DNA of 59,536 bases, filler included, from Jimgerdemannia flammicorona (GCA_003990765.1; 3 parts of 3 records of this genome joined end to end with filler, not necessarily neighbours in it); one strand, 5' to 3'. Positions 36,263 through 49,100 are shown, counted from the first letter of the whole stretch. The notes: a model not told the origin generated them from the sequence alone. Numbers and translations are program-made.

Positions 36263-37053
36263 GTCGTTATCTTTTGCTGAAGTTAAGAGATGGCGAAACC
36301 TGAGCGAACGATGGGTGCGTTTAAATACTATTCCATTTGTGCACAAGGTTCCAGAAGAGGCAGTGACGGTAACTCTATTTCTTCCTATTCGGGAAGGGTT
36401 TTCGCCCTCTCTCCGTGAGACTTTCGCTCCTTCTCCGTGAACCCAGCCCGAGTTCAATGATGATACCGCGTTGATTTTGTGCATGTCATACAAGTTAATG
36501 TGGCTAGGGTTGATTCGAGGGCGAATGAGATTCTAAGGGAAGACGTCGAGCTTTGACATTCGCCAACATGATCTGATGGATTACAGGCTTTGAGTAGAAA
36601 GTTAGCGTGGGTGGGTGAGGGCTATATGAAATATAACTTGTTTTTGGTTATATTATCCCTTAGTGCGACACATTATGCAGGCAAATTTGCCTGCCAGATG
36701 TACTACTAACATAATTATGATCTCGTAAGATTTCGTAAAATCGCGTAAATACCCTTCATTTTTATGATGAAGGGTAGAATTTCCAACAGAGATTGGCAAC
36801 GATCTTCCTGCCGTGCACGGCACTCTGTGCACCGTTTCGTAAATCCATCCGGTTTCAATTCATTGGTGGTCCATAGTATAGTCATCGCGTTTTATAAATG
36901 GAAGGGCGAGGTACATGTCCATAAACCCAAGAGAAAAGGCACAGTTCGGAGGAGTGCACGATTAACAAAGATACAAAGACACAAACATAAAGAAACAAAA
37001 GGAGCGCTACGCTACGCCGGATGTCTCAGCTCCGGATAAAATTATGGGATAGA

Positions 37054-37140
<87 letters not shown>

Positions 37141-37529
37141 AGGGCTACCAAGATTTCGAAGGGGGCGAGGGTCGCATTGTCGTAGCAAAAATATGGTCGA
37201 TAAACCCGAGATTTAATAAGTCGCCAAAAAGCTAGGCAGACATAGAAGCGAATAAAGAAAAGGACAAGGGGGAATCCTGAATGCGAGTTGTAGCTGATCA
37301 AAGTCAGAAGTTTATATTTCAAGGTGAAACAATCAAAGAAAAACACCAATTGTCCAATGCCATCCATCACCTTTCTTACATCCAACACAAATCTGGCCAG
37401 AAAAATAGATGAAAAATAACCGAAATGTACATTCAAGCGAGGTCACACGAGCCTATCATTCACCTACCCCTGTACCGATCACCATTTTTTTTTTTTTTTT
37501 TTAGTTTTATGTTTCCACCAATCCTCCGC

Positions 37530-39479
37530 TTATTCCGGCCAGTCGTAAAGTTGTCTGACGAATTTGCCTAGATCCACGTTCGTATTTTCCCACTTCTGTA
37601 TGAATGCATGATTGAGCATCATCGCGGGGCCTGGTCGTTTGGCGGGATCTTTGGTCAGGCTAATTGGGTTATGGGGATTCAAGACAATTCGAGAAAGCGT
37701 GTAAGGATGTAGCAAGATTATGTTCAATATGGTAAACATGAGTCAACCGGTGATTCGTTCACTTTGTCACTCTTCTTTCTTATACTAAATAATTCGAACA
37801 AAAAGTAATGCCACCACTTACCAAACTCTAACGAAATCCCTCAACTCTGCAGATCGGTCATCCGGCAGTTCCTCAATAGGTTGATGTACGATGAAATCCA
37901 GCAGCTCGAAAATGGCGAGCTGCGAATACCCCGGTGGGGGCAAGGCAGGGCGATTTTGGGCTACTTCGATGATCGTCAAGCCCAACGACCAAATATCCGA
38001 TTGCACCGCATAAGGAGCACCCTGAATGCGCTCAGGCTGAATAGATAACAAAAATTTACATGACGTTAGTTTGTGATTCTGAATTAACAAGCTACTAGGA
38101 ATGTATGAAAACATCTCGTATTTCACTTAGTAAGTCAAAGTGGATTTGGAACTCACAGCCATGTAATATTTGGTGCCCGTAAACGTCTGCGCCAACGAAT
38201 TGATGAGCTCGCCCGAAACACCAAAATCGCACAACTTGATTTCACCCGACCTTGTCATGAGAATATTGGAAGGTTTGATATCTAATTGACAGAAAATTGA
38301 TGGGTTGAGTTTTGATGTATTAATCGAAATGTGAGATATACCAGTAGGATGACGAGGATCACAGGAAGGAATAAGAAATATGAAAGGTCTGGCTTATGCC
38401 AAGGAAATAAATACCCCTATGAATTTTTTTCTGCTGATGAAGATACACTAAGCCTTTTAACACCTAAGTCACCATTGTGAAAGGAATGAGCGAAATATCA
38501 ATAATAAGCAATTATTCTCAGTTTTATAGTGGGAGATCTTGGTCATGTATTGTGCCACGCCGAATTATATCCATTTTGCCGCCCTGAGAGCCGCGTACCG
38601 GATAATAATGGTGTCGTGATAACCCCCACCCAATACCCATATTTTCTAAATTGGTAGGGATCAATGAAATGATGCTTACCGCAATGGCGAGCTTGCCCAA
38701 CACTCCTTCCCCGATGACAGCACCAAGTTCCTTGCACTTTTTGTAGATATCCTCAAGACTGCCAGCCTCGCAATATTCCATACAGATGGCAATCGTCGTG
38801 TCCTCCTCATCCAAAAAGGCACCATAAAAGGAAACAATATAAGGAGATACGCAGGCACGCAGGAAAGCGAGTTCGCGCAGGATTTGACGCTGAATAGCTG
38901 TGTCGGGATCGGCTGTTATGGACTGGAAAGGATAAGGTATGAATCAGTAACAATCGGCCAGATGTATAATTTAGGTCATTTTCGTTTATCGAGTCGGTCC
39001 AGAGCGGCGAAATCGGAACCAACCTTCTTTGCCATGACAATGCCGGAAGGCCGGTGTAAAACTTGGCGCACGGTTCCCGCAGCGCCCTCGCCAAGCCTGC
39101 TCAAAATATCGAAATCTTCAGGCTTGAGCTCTCCTATGTGATCTTCCACCACCATGTCTCCGCTAGTCATACCAGAAATCTTGACGTTAACATCACTAAT
39201 CGCGGAAGACCGACTGTTCCCAGGTGCATCAACGCTCTCGGTGGTCCTATAAAAGGCCTCCTTAAACTCATTGGTCCGGTAGGGATTCTGCGGGTTCGAG
39301 GTGGTTCCAGGAGAACCAGGAGAATGGGGACGATTGTGGATGGGAGTATGGAGTGGGGATAGGGTTACTTTCAGGCCTGGTGGGTTGGAGAGCTTCCCTT
39401 TTCTACCTGTGCTTGTTGTAGCGTTCGAGCGGTCGATGGTAGAGCCATCGCCGTTTTGATCTGGGGATAGCGAAGCCAT
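37530..39479 (-). CDS. MKK1: MAP kinase kinase of the MKK1/MKK2/Pek1 (cell-wall integrity) type, at least 405 aa; exons 39479-39024, 38922-38680, 38463-38415, 38281-38157, 38036-37822, 37659-37530
   Basis: [56 protein letters not shown]; the start may extend upstream through an acceptor at ~39536 toward the gap. Confidence 0.92.
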
Positions 39480-39612
39480 GGTATGAAGGTGCGGGAAGGA
39501 GCCAACTGCGGCTGCGGAAGGGGAGATGCTGGTAGCTTTGTGTGTGAGAAGAATGACAAGACAAAATTTATGACGTATGTAGCACCACCGGCTTTACCGG
39601 CTTTTGTGCCTG

Positions 39613-39664
39613 CGCCCACGCCCGCCCACGCCCGCCCACGCCCGCCCACGCCCGCCCACGCCCG
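39613..39664. repeat. (CCCGCCCACG)n tandem repeat of about 5 units running into the gap
   Basis: Directly visible. Confidence 0.9.
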
Positions 39665-39764
39665 NNNNNNNNNNNNNNNNNNNNNNNNNNNNNNNNNNNN
39701 NNNNNNNNTTAATTAATTAANNNNNNNNNNNNNNNNNNNNNNNNNNNNNNNNNNNNNNNNNNNN
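39665..39764. other. Assembly gap with TTAATTAATTAA filler
   Basis: N runs. Confidence 0.95.
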
Positions 39765-39801
<37 letters not shown>

Positions 39802-39805
<4 letters not shown>

Positions 39806-42800
39806 TAGACTAGAGAGTGGGAGGGAGTAGCTGTGTGATTTGGGTAGATGGGTATCTTAGTGCAAAAGGGGATGGGGGACATTGGTGACATTGGACATTG
39901 GGGGAGTTGGTTGGTATAGGGAGCATGGAAGAGGCCTGGATAGAGCCCATTGATAGTTGGATCATATTATTGTCTGGCAGAAAGGGGGGAATAGGTTGAT
40001 TGGATCAGAAATTTAAAAGAGGCCGGTGTCATGGATGGGGCAGGGATCAATTGCCTGGGGGGGGATTTCAATATGGTAAGAGATAATGTAGTGGATAGGA
40101 CCAATAGTAGGAGAGGAATGAGAAGCAGAAGTGGTGGGTTGGAGGATTGGATGGAGATGGAGAGGTTGAGTTCTTTGGTTGATTCAGGGAGACAGTTCTG
40201 GAGAGAGTATCAAATTTATACTCACTGGACGGCAGGACTGGATTCCAGGATTGACTGGATATTGATGGTAGAGTGCTGGGGAGCTGATGTCTGGACTACA
40301 CTGGAGGTGGTTTAGTGCCCATGGTCAGATCACTGGGGTCTGCTAGGGGGGGGGAGGTTTGGGGGAAGTGGAGATGGGCCTGGACATTAGTGACTGAATT
40401 CCTCTTTGTTGGAGGATGGTGCTTTATGGGCAGTCTGGGAGGAGAAGGTTATTGGGAAAATTGAAAGATGGTGGGAGCAAGGCCTGGTGATTGGAGATTA
40501 CTGGCAGAGGCTGAAATTGAGTGCTCAGGGATACTGGAGGGAGGCAGGGAAAGAATAAAGTATTCAGTAGTGGCAGAGGGTGCTTTGGGCTTCACAGTAG
40601 CTGGCAGTACTCCTGGGGAGATAGATGAGAGTGCTTGAGGATTGGGAGGTGGCAGACTGGCATATTGTACAGATTCAAAAGGAAGTCAAGGAGCTTAAGG
40701 AAGTGATATGATTGAAGGAAGAGGTTAACCTGAAGGAAATAGTGGCGAGGCTGAGGTGGCAAGAGTTGGAGGAGGGAGAAAGACCCACTAGGTTTTTATC
40801 ATGGATGCTACAGGCATGGAGAACTAAACAGTAGTGGGATGGTCTCTTGGATGAGGATGGAGAGATGGTGGTGGGGACTCCAGCGATTCTGGGAATGCTA
40901 AGGTCCTGCTGGGAGGACCTATGAAGTGAGGAAAAAGGGGGTGAGGATGCCTCAGTCATTGAAAGGCTGTTAGAGGATTGGTATCCAGACCTGGTGATGG
41001 GTCTGGGGACTCTGGGGAACTCAGTGAGGGGGGAGGAAATTTGTAAGGTTCTGGCTTCAACAAGCAAAGAGATAGCTCCAGGAGAGGATGGACTTCTCTG
41101 GGATTTTTGGAAAAAGATAACTGGGGTGGAGGTAGTATTGGAGGAGTTGATAGCAATGTATGATGAGGTTCTTCAGTCCAGAACTTGGATTGGGGGCCAG
41201 TGCCTAGAGCTGGTCTCCTTGCTCTATAAGGATAAGGAGAGAAGAGAAGATTGAAAGAACTGGTAACTGATTATGCTCATTGACATGGACCACAAGCTGG
41301 TGACAAAGGTCTTGGTGACTAGACTGCAGGGGGTTGCTCAGCAAGTACTAGGAGTAGAGCAGAGAGGATTTGTTGGTGGTGAGTTAATTCGAGATGGGAT
41401 GGCCTGGGTCTATGGTATGATTGAAGGGGCTCAGACAGTCAGGATTGATGGCAGATTAGTATTTCTGGATCAGGAGAAGACATATGATAGAGTAAGGAGG
41501 ATCTGGTTGGAGGGGGTGCTGAAATGAGTGGGTGTTCCCTCAGGATTCAGGAGGTCTCTAATCAGCCTTTTGGAAAACAGTCAGACAGTATTGGTAGTCA
41601 ATAGACATAGGGGTGTGACCTTTCCACTTGGTTGGGGGGTGCTATAAGGTGATCCTTTGTTGCCCATCTTATATACCCTTTCCTTGGAGCCCTTATTAGA
41701 TAGGATCCAGTATCGAATTGGGGGTTTGGACATTCTGAAGATTAATTGGAAAGTGGGGGCATTTGTGGATAATATGGTGGTCAGACTGGGTTCACTAGCA
41801 GACATGGAGGAATTGAGGAGGACTGTGGAATGGTATGAGAGGGGCTCAGGTGCTAGACTCAATTGGCACAAATGCAAGACTCTGATACTAGGCAGTAGAA
41901 TAGTTGGTGGTGATGTAATTGGAAAGGTAGTGCTAGCAGGAGATCCAGTTTATTACCTAGGGATCTACTTCTCAGTATATGGGTCTCTCCTACCCCATGC
42001 TTGGTGAGAACAGCAACTCCTAGTATGGGGTGATGTGCTCTTGTGGTGGAGTGGTTGGCATATATCCTTGGCAGGAAGGGTGATGGTACTGAATGTGTGT
42101 TGGCTGCTGAAGCTGTAGTATGTAGAGTATCATCTGGACTTCCCAGCATGGATGGTCAGGACTTCTGAAGATAGCAAGATCATGGATCTGGGCTGGGCAG
42201 CGAAGTCAGATAGGATGGGAGGTTCTAACCCTATCTGTGGACAAAGGCAGGCTAGGCTTGGTGGACTTTATCAAATGCCTTTATTGTTTGTGAGCATGGT
42301 GGTTGAAGAGAGCAAGTGAGTTAAGGGGTCAGGAGTGGGTCCTACTTATGCAGAGGGTATGGGAGGCCCAGTATTCCCCTCATAGAGTATCTGGTAATCT
42401 GCTTGCAATGGTGGCCCTGGAGGGGAGCAAGAGGATATAGTATAAAGGCTTTTGGTGGGGGGTGGTGGATGATACTAGGAGGATTGATCTTTGGTAGCAG
42501 GGGGCTGAGAGAGAGGAAGATTGGGGTCTACAGATGTGGAGATGGGACAGACTATTGCTGGGTGGTACTTTGGTGGAGGATTTCTGGCTTGGTGATGGAA
42601 TGGAGTATATGCAGGGCTTAGAGAGAGATCTGTGGACTGAGGCATGGCAGAGGGTGGGGATTGGCAAGGAGTGGGACTGGAGGAGTCTTTGGCTTTGGAG
42701 CAAGTAGGTGATATGGTGGCTTCCCCCCAAGTTCTGAGTAGTGTGGTGGCAGTTTCTAAGACAAAATGTGATATTGAACTATCAGTCTGGGCACTTGGTG

Positions 42801-43393
42801 GTGGATGGCATGTTTGAGTGTGAGGAATGTTTGGATGTTGGACAGGAAGGGGGAGTACTACAAATGCCTGAACATTGGCTTAGTGAGTGTGACATTCTAG
42901 GGGAGTTTTGGTACTACATTGTGGACCAGTTAGGACTGTAGGCCCTGGTGGGAGAGGACAGGGAGAGATGGGAAGAGCTTTGCTGAAGGCTAGTGGGAGG
43001 GGTTGGAGATGAATGGTTGACCCTGGGCTGGGCTCTGGCAATTTGGGTTGAGCTGGCCAGACATTGGTTATATGTATTCAAGGAGGGCCAGCAGATTGGG
43101 GTCAGGACTAGGGTAGTATATTGGGAATGGCTATTACTGGACATTTTGAATGGCTGGTAGAGAGAGTGGGGACCAGGTGGGGGGAGCCACCAGAGTCTGG
43201 TAAATTATATTTGCCAGAAGAGTAGAGAGAGAATTCAGGTATTAGATGACTAGATTATCCTTCGATAGGGAGAGATAGAGGGTGGCGAGAGAGATCTGAG
43301 GGATATTGGTTGAGGGAATGCAGGTGATATTATATTATTATTATAGATTGAGATAATAAAGGGAAGTCCAAGTAACTATAAAAAAAAAAAAAA
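39802..43393 (+). mobile_element. L1-clade LINE (APE-RT-CCHC) lacking its 5' part; among the least decayed copies
   Basis: CLGGDFN, SRIDW, SDH, FLDQEKTYDRV, GAFVDN, LNWHKCK, CEEC...HWLSEC; 3' AAGTCCAAGTAACTATA plus A-tail. Confidence 0.94.
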
Positions 43394-44784
43394 TAGAATA
43401 TATATCTATAATATATATATTACATATTATATATATATAATATATAATATTATTAGCTATCAGATTATAATATTAGAGTTATAATTATTTACTTTTTTTA
43501 AAAATTCTTTTAACTTTCTTATTGACTATATTTATAGAGAAAAATACTGTAGAAAGAATATAAATATTGATATTACTTTATTTAAAAAATAGAGAGAGTG
43601 TGAGAAGGTCTGATAGATATAAGATGAGTTTAAGAATTGAGCTATTGATAGATACTTAGTAGTAATAGTGAATGAGTTTTCAGATATTGATATTTTGGAT
43701 TTATTTCAGATTTAATATATTTTATTCATCTTTTTTTATTATATATTGAAGCATCTTGAAGATAATATTCAAAAATACTCAAATGATATTTCAGAGAGAT
43801 TAAAGAAATAAGTTCTATATTATATATTTATAAAAAATTAAAAATTATTACAATTTAGTAAAAATCATAAGTATCTAAATAGAATATTTTTTTTCTTTAA
43901 TATTATATTTATATTTATAATTATCTCTTCCCCCATAGTGCAGGCAAATTTGCTTGTAAAAATATTCGTATAAAATATCTCATTCTACACTACATTTACT
44001 CAGAGTATAAGCATGCATACTATAACCGCCATTGTAGGCAAACATCCTGTGAAAGTTTGGAGTGAAATACTGCAGTCTACGCTTTATAATGTTTATGTAA
44101 TTATGGGCAATCTATATCCGGAATGCAGGCAAATTTGCCTGCAGCTTCATATCTTGGCGAAATGGCATCCGATCTTAATGTACCTAGGCTTGCTAGAAAG
44201 CCCTGAATCGTGGCTTTCCAACGAGCCTAAGTATATCAAAATCGGACATCATTTCGCTATGTTAAAAGTGAAAACGGCCAATACATCAAATGTCAGACAT
44301 ACATGTACTATTCATGAACAACCATAAAAGGGTACCATGCATGCAAATGAAACCTATACCCATGTTGTTTCTATAACAGTACTAGTCCCAATGTAGCAAC
44401 TAACTTAGACCAGTGAAGTGGCAATAAAAATGAGAAAAATAAAACAGCAACAATGAATGTGAAATGAACATCTCACCATAGCATACATTGTAACCAAGCC
44501 CTTGTTTTGACCCTTTGTTTATAAGCTCTTGTTTTATCACTACAAAAGGGAGATCCGAACATCGGGTGTTTGGTCATAGTAAAATTACCACAAATAGGTT
44601 TGCAAGAAGAAACTACTGAATAATTACTGAATAATCACCAAGTCAGTTTTGTACCTTATGGTGAGAAGAAATCACCGCCATTATGATGAATAATCACCAA
44701 GTCGAAGAATCTGCTCTTCACATTCTTCATACTCTTTCACATTCTTCATAATCTTCTACACTCTTTTACATTCTTTTATATCAA

Positions 44785-45334
44785 ATGGCCTCCTCTTCTG
44801 CTTTAGTAAGTAATAATATATATATGCCAAATGTCAAATACAAATTCTGAACACTAATAATGGACATCTTTTCACCAGTTTACTTCTAAAGAAGAGATCA
44901 AGAATGAAATCCACTACCATACACATCATTACTACATTTATCATATGAGTGGTGGAACAATATATTTCAATGATCAACCTAAAGAATCTGTTGCCTCTGG
45001 TGCCAAGGATCTGGTGAATGAATCTGTTGGCAACCCAATGAATGAACCTGTCAGTAGCAACTCAACAAATGAACCTGTCAGTAGTAACCCAATGAATGAA
45101 CCTATTAGTGGCAACCCAATGAATGAATCTATTAGTGGTAATCAAACCAATAAACCTGTTGGTGCTAGTGAGGATCCATTTATGGCAATAAGCCAGCTCT
45201 TATGAATGTCTCTTTGTCAGGGTGACTGATGTCATTCTTCCTTAGTTGAAGATGAGAATAATGATTATGAGATGATTGGAGGATCTCCGCCCTCAGCTGT
45301 ACAAAGGAAGTCAAAGGGGAAGAGTAAGCAGTAA
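44785..45334 (+). pseudogene. Spliced cargo ORF with 9-aa repeats (NEPVSSNPM-like) and two in-frame TGA stops
   Basis: Exon 44785-44805 (MASSSAL), GTAAGT...CACCAG intron, exon from 44879 in frame with ORF 44945; 27-bp repeats. Confidence 0.55.
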
Positions 45335-45638
45335 GAACCTTTGAATATTTATCTTGTTAATTCATGAACCTATATTACTAGTATGGAGGTAGATGTACAG
45401 ATACATCCCAGTAGTATATTTGGTATATAAAACCTATATATGTAGAGATGGATCATTTATCCCAGCAGTGCATTTCATATATGATCCCAATATATAGAGG
45501 TTGGATTGTATGGTCATGTATCCCAGTAGTGCATTGATGCATGAAATCTATAGATATAGAAGTAGATTGTGATGATGAATAGTCAGAGTTTGTACCATAT
45601 ACTTGCCAATCTTTCTTCATTCTCTTCAGAATATTGAT

Positions 45639-45753
45639 GCCATACTGAACAAGCTATCATTGCTATACCGAATAAACTGTTATCACTATACTGAATAAGC
45701 TGTCATCACCATATCAAACAAGCCATTGTTGCTATACCAAATAAGTCATTGTT
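45639..45753. repeat. 23-bp tandem repeat, 5 copies (GCCATACTGAACAAGCTATCATT-like)
   Basis: Directly visible. Confidence 0.85.
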
Positions 45754-46429
45754 ACCATATTGCTAGGTTGTTGGCCACTTGGATAATAGTAATAATGCCT
45801 CAGATAGACAATTGTATATAGGAATAATATTTCTTATCTCTTGAACATCATCTGGCTTATATTACCCAGGCTCACTTTTCAATTACCTGACTGCACTTAG
45901 ACATTATACAACCTCACTTCTCCAATGCATCATCCAGCCTCACTTCTCAGACATCACTTGGCCTCACTTAGATATTGCCTAGCTATCCGGCTCATCACCT
46001 ATTATATATATTGTAACTAATCCCTCTTGATTGATGAGGTCTGACAATTATGGCATAGTTAAGGAGATCAAAGGGCATGTAATAGAATAGAATACACATA
46101 ACCTGTAACTGTAATTAAATAAATAATTCTGCATATATTTTATCTGGTAGTTTGTCTTTATCTTGACCTTATATGAAAGATTGATGACATCATGCAAATT
46201 TGCCTACACATAACTATGGGGTAAGAGATACTATTTATTTATAATTATTTTATATAATCTTTCTTTTATCTTTTAACTATTACTATCTATTTTAATAATA
46301 AATAAAATAATACTAATATATATTATATAAGAGTAAAACTATAGCTATTCAAAATCTAGTAGTCTGTATAATATTCAGATAATAGCTATTCATAAATAAT
46401 AATAATAATAAATAGTTTATTAATAACTA

Positions 46430-49100
46430 CTATATATTTATAAGATTGAGACTACTATATATATAGATTGACTTAAGCCCTTAGTTACTTTGTCAAAAAG
46501 CAATAAAATGTTCAGTAGTTTCTCTCAGAAATAAATTTCTCTGATTTACATAATATAGATAATTTTGATAAGTTTTCTAATTAGGTAATTTGATATAATG
46601 TGATGAATTCAGCAGACTTCTTAAGTAGTAGATATAGAATTCTCAAATATAGCAGATTTCTCAAGTTCTTCAAACTTAGTCTGACTAATGTATCAAAATA
46701 GCAGATTTCTTAAATAAAGCAGATTTCTCAAAAATAATAAATAACTTGAATAAGGTAGATTTTTTCTGAATTAGTAGACTTCTCTTAAAAATGACTTAGA
46801 TAATATAGATTCTTCTTAAATTAACAGACTTCTCTTAAAAATAGTAGCTTTTCTTAAGTAATGAGTTATTTAATAATATTCTTTAGACTTAGTCTGATAA
46901 GTATATCAAAATATAACAGACTTTTCAAAGTTATATCAAAGACTGTTTTGTTTGTACAAACAGATTTACTATAATAATATATCTTATACTAAACTAGCTT
47001 TGAGTAGTAGACTTCTTCTTTATATTAAAAAGTAGACTAGAGTGAAAAATAACTCACAACTTTCTTAACAGTGACTTGTTAGCAGGTTTCTCCTCTTAAG
47101 TATACTAGATGATTGATTTTTTCTTTAATTTTTAGACTGAGGTTTATTCACTTAAATCTCTAGAGTATTTTATATAGTTATAATTGCTATCTGATTACTA
47201 TATAACTAACTATTGATTACTATTTCTAGTAATGTTTAGCTGTTTCTATTAGAAATATAAATCTCATATTCTGATATAGTATATTAGCTAGGAATATTAA
47301 TCTCAAATTCTAGTATAGTATATATATTAGCTAAGAATACTTTGTGTCCTTATTTGGCTATCTGGGTTATTTATATATTAGTATTGTAACATGCCTGGCT
47401 CAATGGAGGCAAATTACAAGGTTGGGGGTTAATGTAGTTTGGCTTGAGCCCCCAGTTACTTTGTCAAAAGCAACAAAATGTTGTAAGATTCCTGAGGTCC
47501 TTGTTGGTGTTTAGTGATATGATAGTCAATCTGGATACAATGGTTGATTTTGTCAGGTTTCCTTATTGGGATGGTTCTCTGGGTGTAGCAGCGATTTGTG
47601 AGTGGGTTTCCTTCTTGGGTCAACTGGGAATTGGCAGAATTTCGTGTGTAGTGCGAGCAGTTTCCTTCTTGAGTAGTGGGTGATTTCTGTGTAGCACGAC
47701 GATCTCCTTGTGCATGACGCTCTGGCAATTTAATAGTGATTTCTGTATGACGATCTTGTATAGCGCGGCGGGTTCCTTATGTGTGACAATCTGCCAATTT
47801 AACGGTTTCCTTCTTGGGTGGTGGCGATCTCTAAAAGTATGTGATTTCTGGTATATAACTTGATTTGGCTCACTGGGAACAAATGAATAACTCAGATGGT
47901 ATGGATAATTCAAATAACTTAGATAACTAGGATGCCGCAGATTCTTCCTGAATCAGCAGGTTTTTTGGGAATAATACTCAGGTGGTGCGGGTTCTCTGGG
48001 AATGCGGATAACTCGAAAATGGTGGCTTCAACTGAGAAACATGCTGGCAGCTTTTTGGGAAAGGGTCTCTTGGCAAAGTTGCATCAAAGACTGGCTTCGT
48101 TTGCGCAAACAGGTCACTGTGAAGTTGCATCAAGAGACTGGCTTATGGTAAGAATGGTGGCGAATAACTGAAAATGGTGGCTTATTTCTTAAGTGGCAGG
48201 TTTCTCTTCAAAGGCAGCAAAGTTCTTCCTTGAACTTAGGTGGCAAACTCAAATTCTTCAGGCTTATCTGACAAGCAAACCAAGGCTTTGTATCAGAAAG
48301 TGGACCAGAGTGGGAAAAGGGGACTAATGCTCACAATCTCCTAATAGTGGCTGTAGAGTTCCTCTTGAAGTGTGGTAGGCAGACTTGACTTTTGCTTTTT
48401 AGATTCAATTTTGGACTGAGGTTTATTCACTCTTGTCTCTGAAGCATTTTATATAGTTGTGGTTACTATCTGGTTACTATGTTGCTAATTATAGATTGCT
48501 ATCTATGGCAAGTATGCAAGTCTTGCATAGGTGTACAGGTCTTGTATAGGTGTGCAGGTCTTACACAGGTATGCAGGTCTTATACAGATATACCTTATCT
48601 GGTAGTCTGGCTATTTATACAGTTTTCCACAGCAATGGTTGCTGGTTGCTATACTATGTGTTTATGTCATCTGGCTAAGTTATAATTCGGATGGTATATT
48701 TTGATTTGTCATAGTATAGTAGGATAGTTCTGATTGTCTAGTAAATCTGATAGTATATATATAGTTAAATTATAGTAACTAATTTGGATAGTATATTTCT
48801 CTGCTGGCTTATCATATTAGCCCCTACTAAAAGATAGTCTGTCCTATACTGTTCTTTAGTTATTATTCCAATATGAGTAGACAGCTCTTATTCTATTATT
48901 TCTCTATTTCAGAACTACTTCTTTCTAAGAAGTTTTCTTCTTTTTCAGAGAATAGTATCTTGATAGATAGTGGAGATTATTCTTTAGATATCTCTAAGAT
49001 AAAATTGGATCTAAATTAATACTTCTATATTTTACTTATAGATGGTATAAAGTCTATTTACTATAATAATATTTCTTTAAGTAAGACCTGTGAGATATCT
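46430..49100 (-). mobile_element. Older Gypsy 3' LTR plus PPT and adjacent internal region, related to 12795-19035 and split by a solo LTR
   Basis: TTAAGCCCTTAGTTACTTTGTCAAAA and GACTGAGGTTTATTCAC match family LTR motifs; 48817 onward matches 14132 onward (TCAGCCCCTACTAAAGG); outer limits approximate. Confidence 0.7.
47385..48713 (-). mobile_element. Solo LTR related to the 12795-19035 family
   Basis: TGTAAC...GTCATA; perfect 4-bp TSD GTAT (47381-47384, 48714-48717); retains many CpGs. Confidence 0.93.

Larger units (their letters stand above)
43922..46230. mobile_element. 2.3-kb non-autonomous TIR element of unassigned superfamily, with internal hairpin, cargo gene and tandem repeats
   Basis: Left end TATCTCTTCCCCCATAGT-GCAGGCAAATTTGC; right end reverse complement TATCTCTTACCCCATAGT-TATGT-GTAGGCAAAATTTGC; sharp compositional borders with AT-rich flanks. 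Confidence 0.72.

Noticed and set aside
37026..37436. Poly-Phe and poly-Lys ORFs (also 35574-35888 and 58036-58254)
   Set aside because: Artefacts of homopolymer tracts in UTR or intergenic DNA, an intron and a LINE tail.
30335..39479. Functional gene cluster of CKS1, UBFD1, P450 and MKK1
   Set aside because: No shared pathway evident; ordinary gene island between transposon blocks.
45364..45753. Spaced repeats with superficial CRISPR-like appearance
   Set aside because: Degenerate contiguous tandem units without unique spacers, eukaryotic context, no cas genes.
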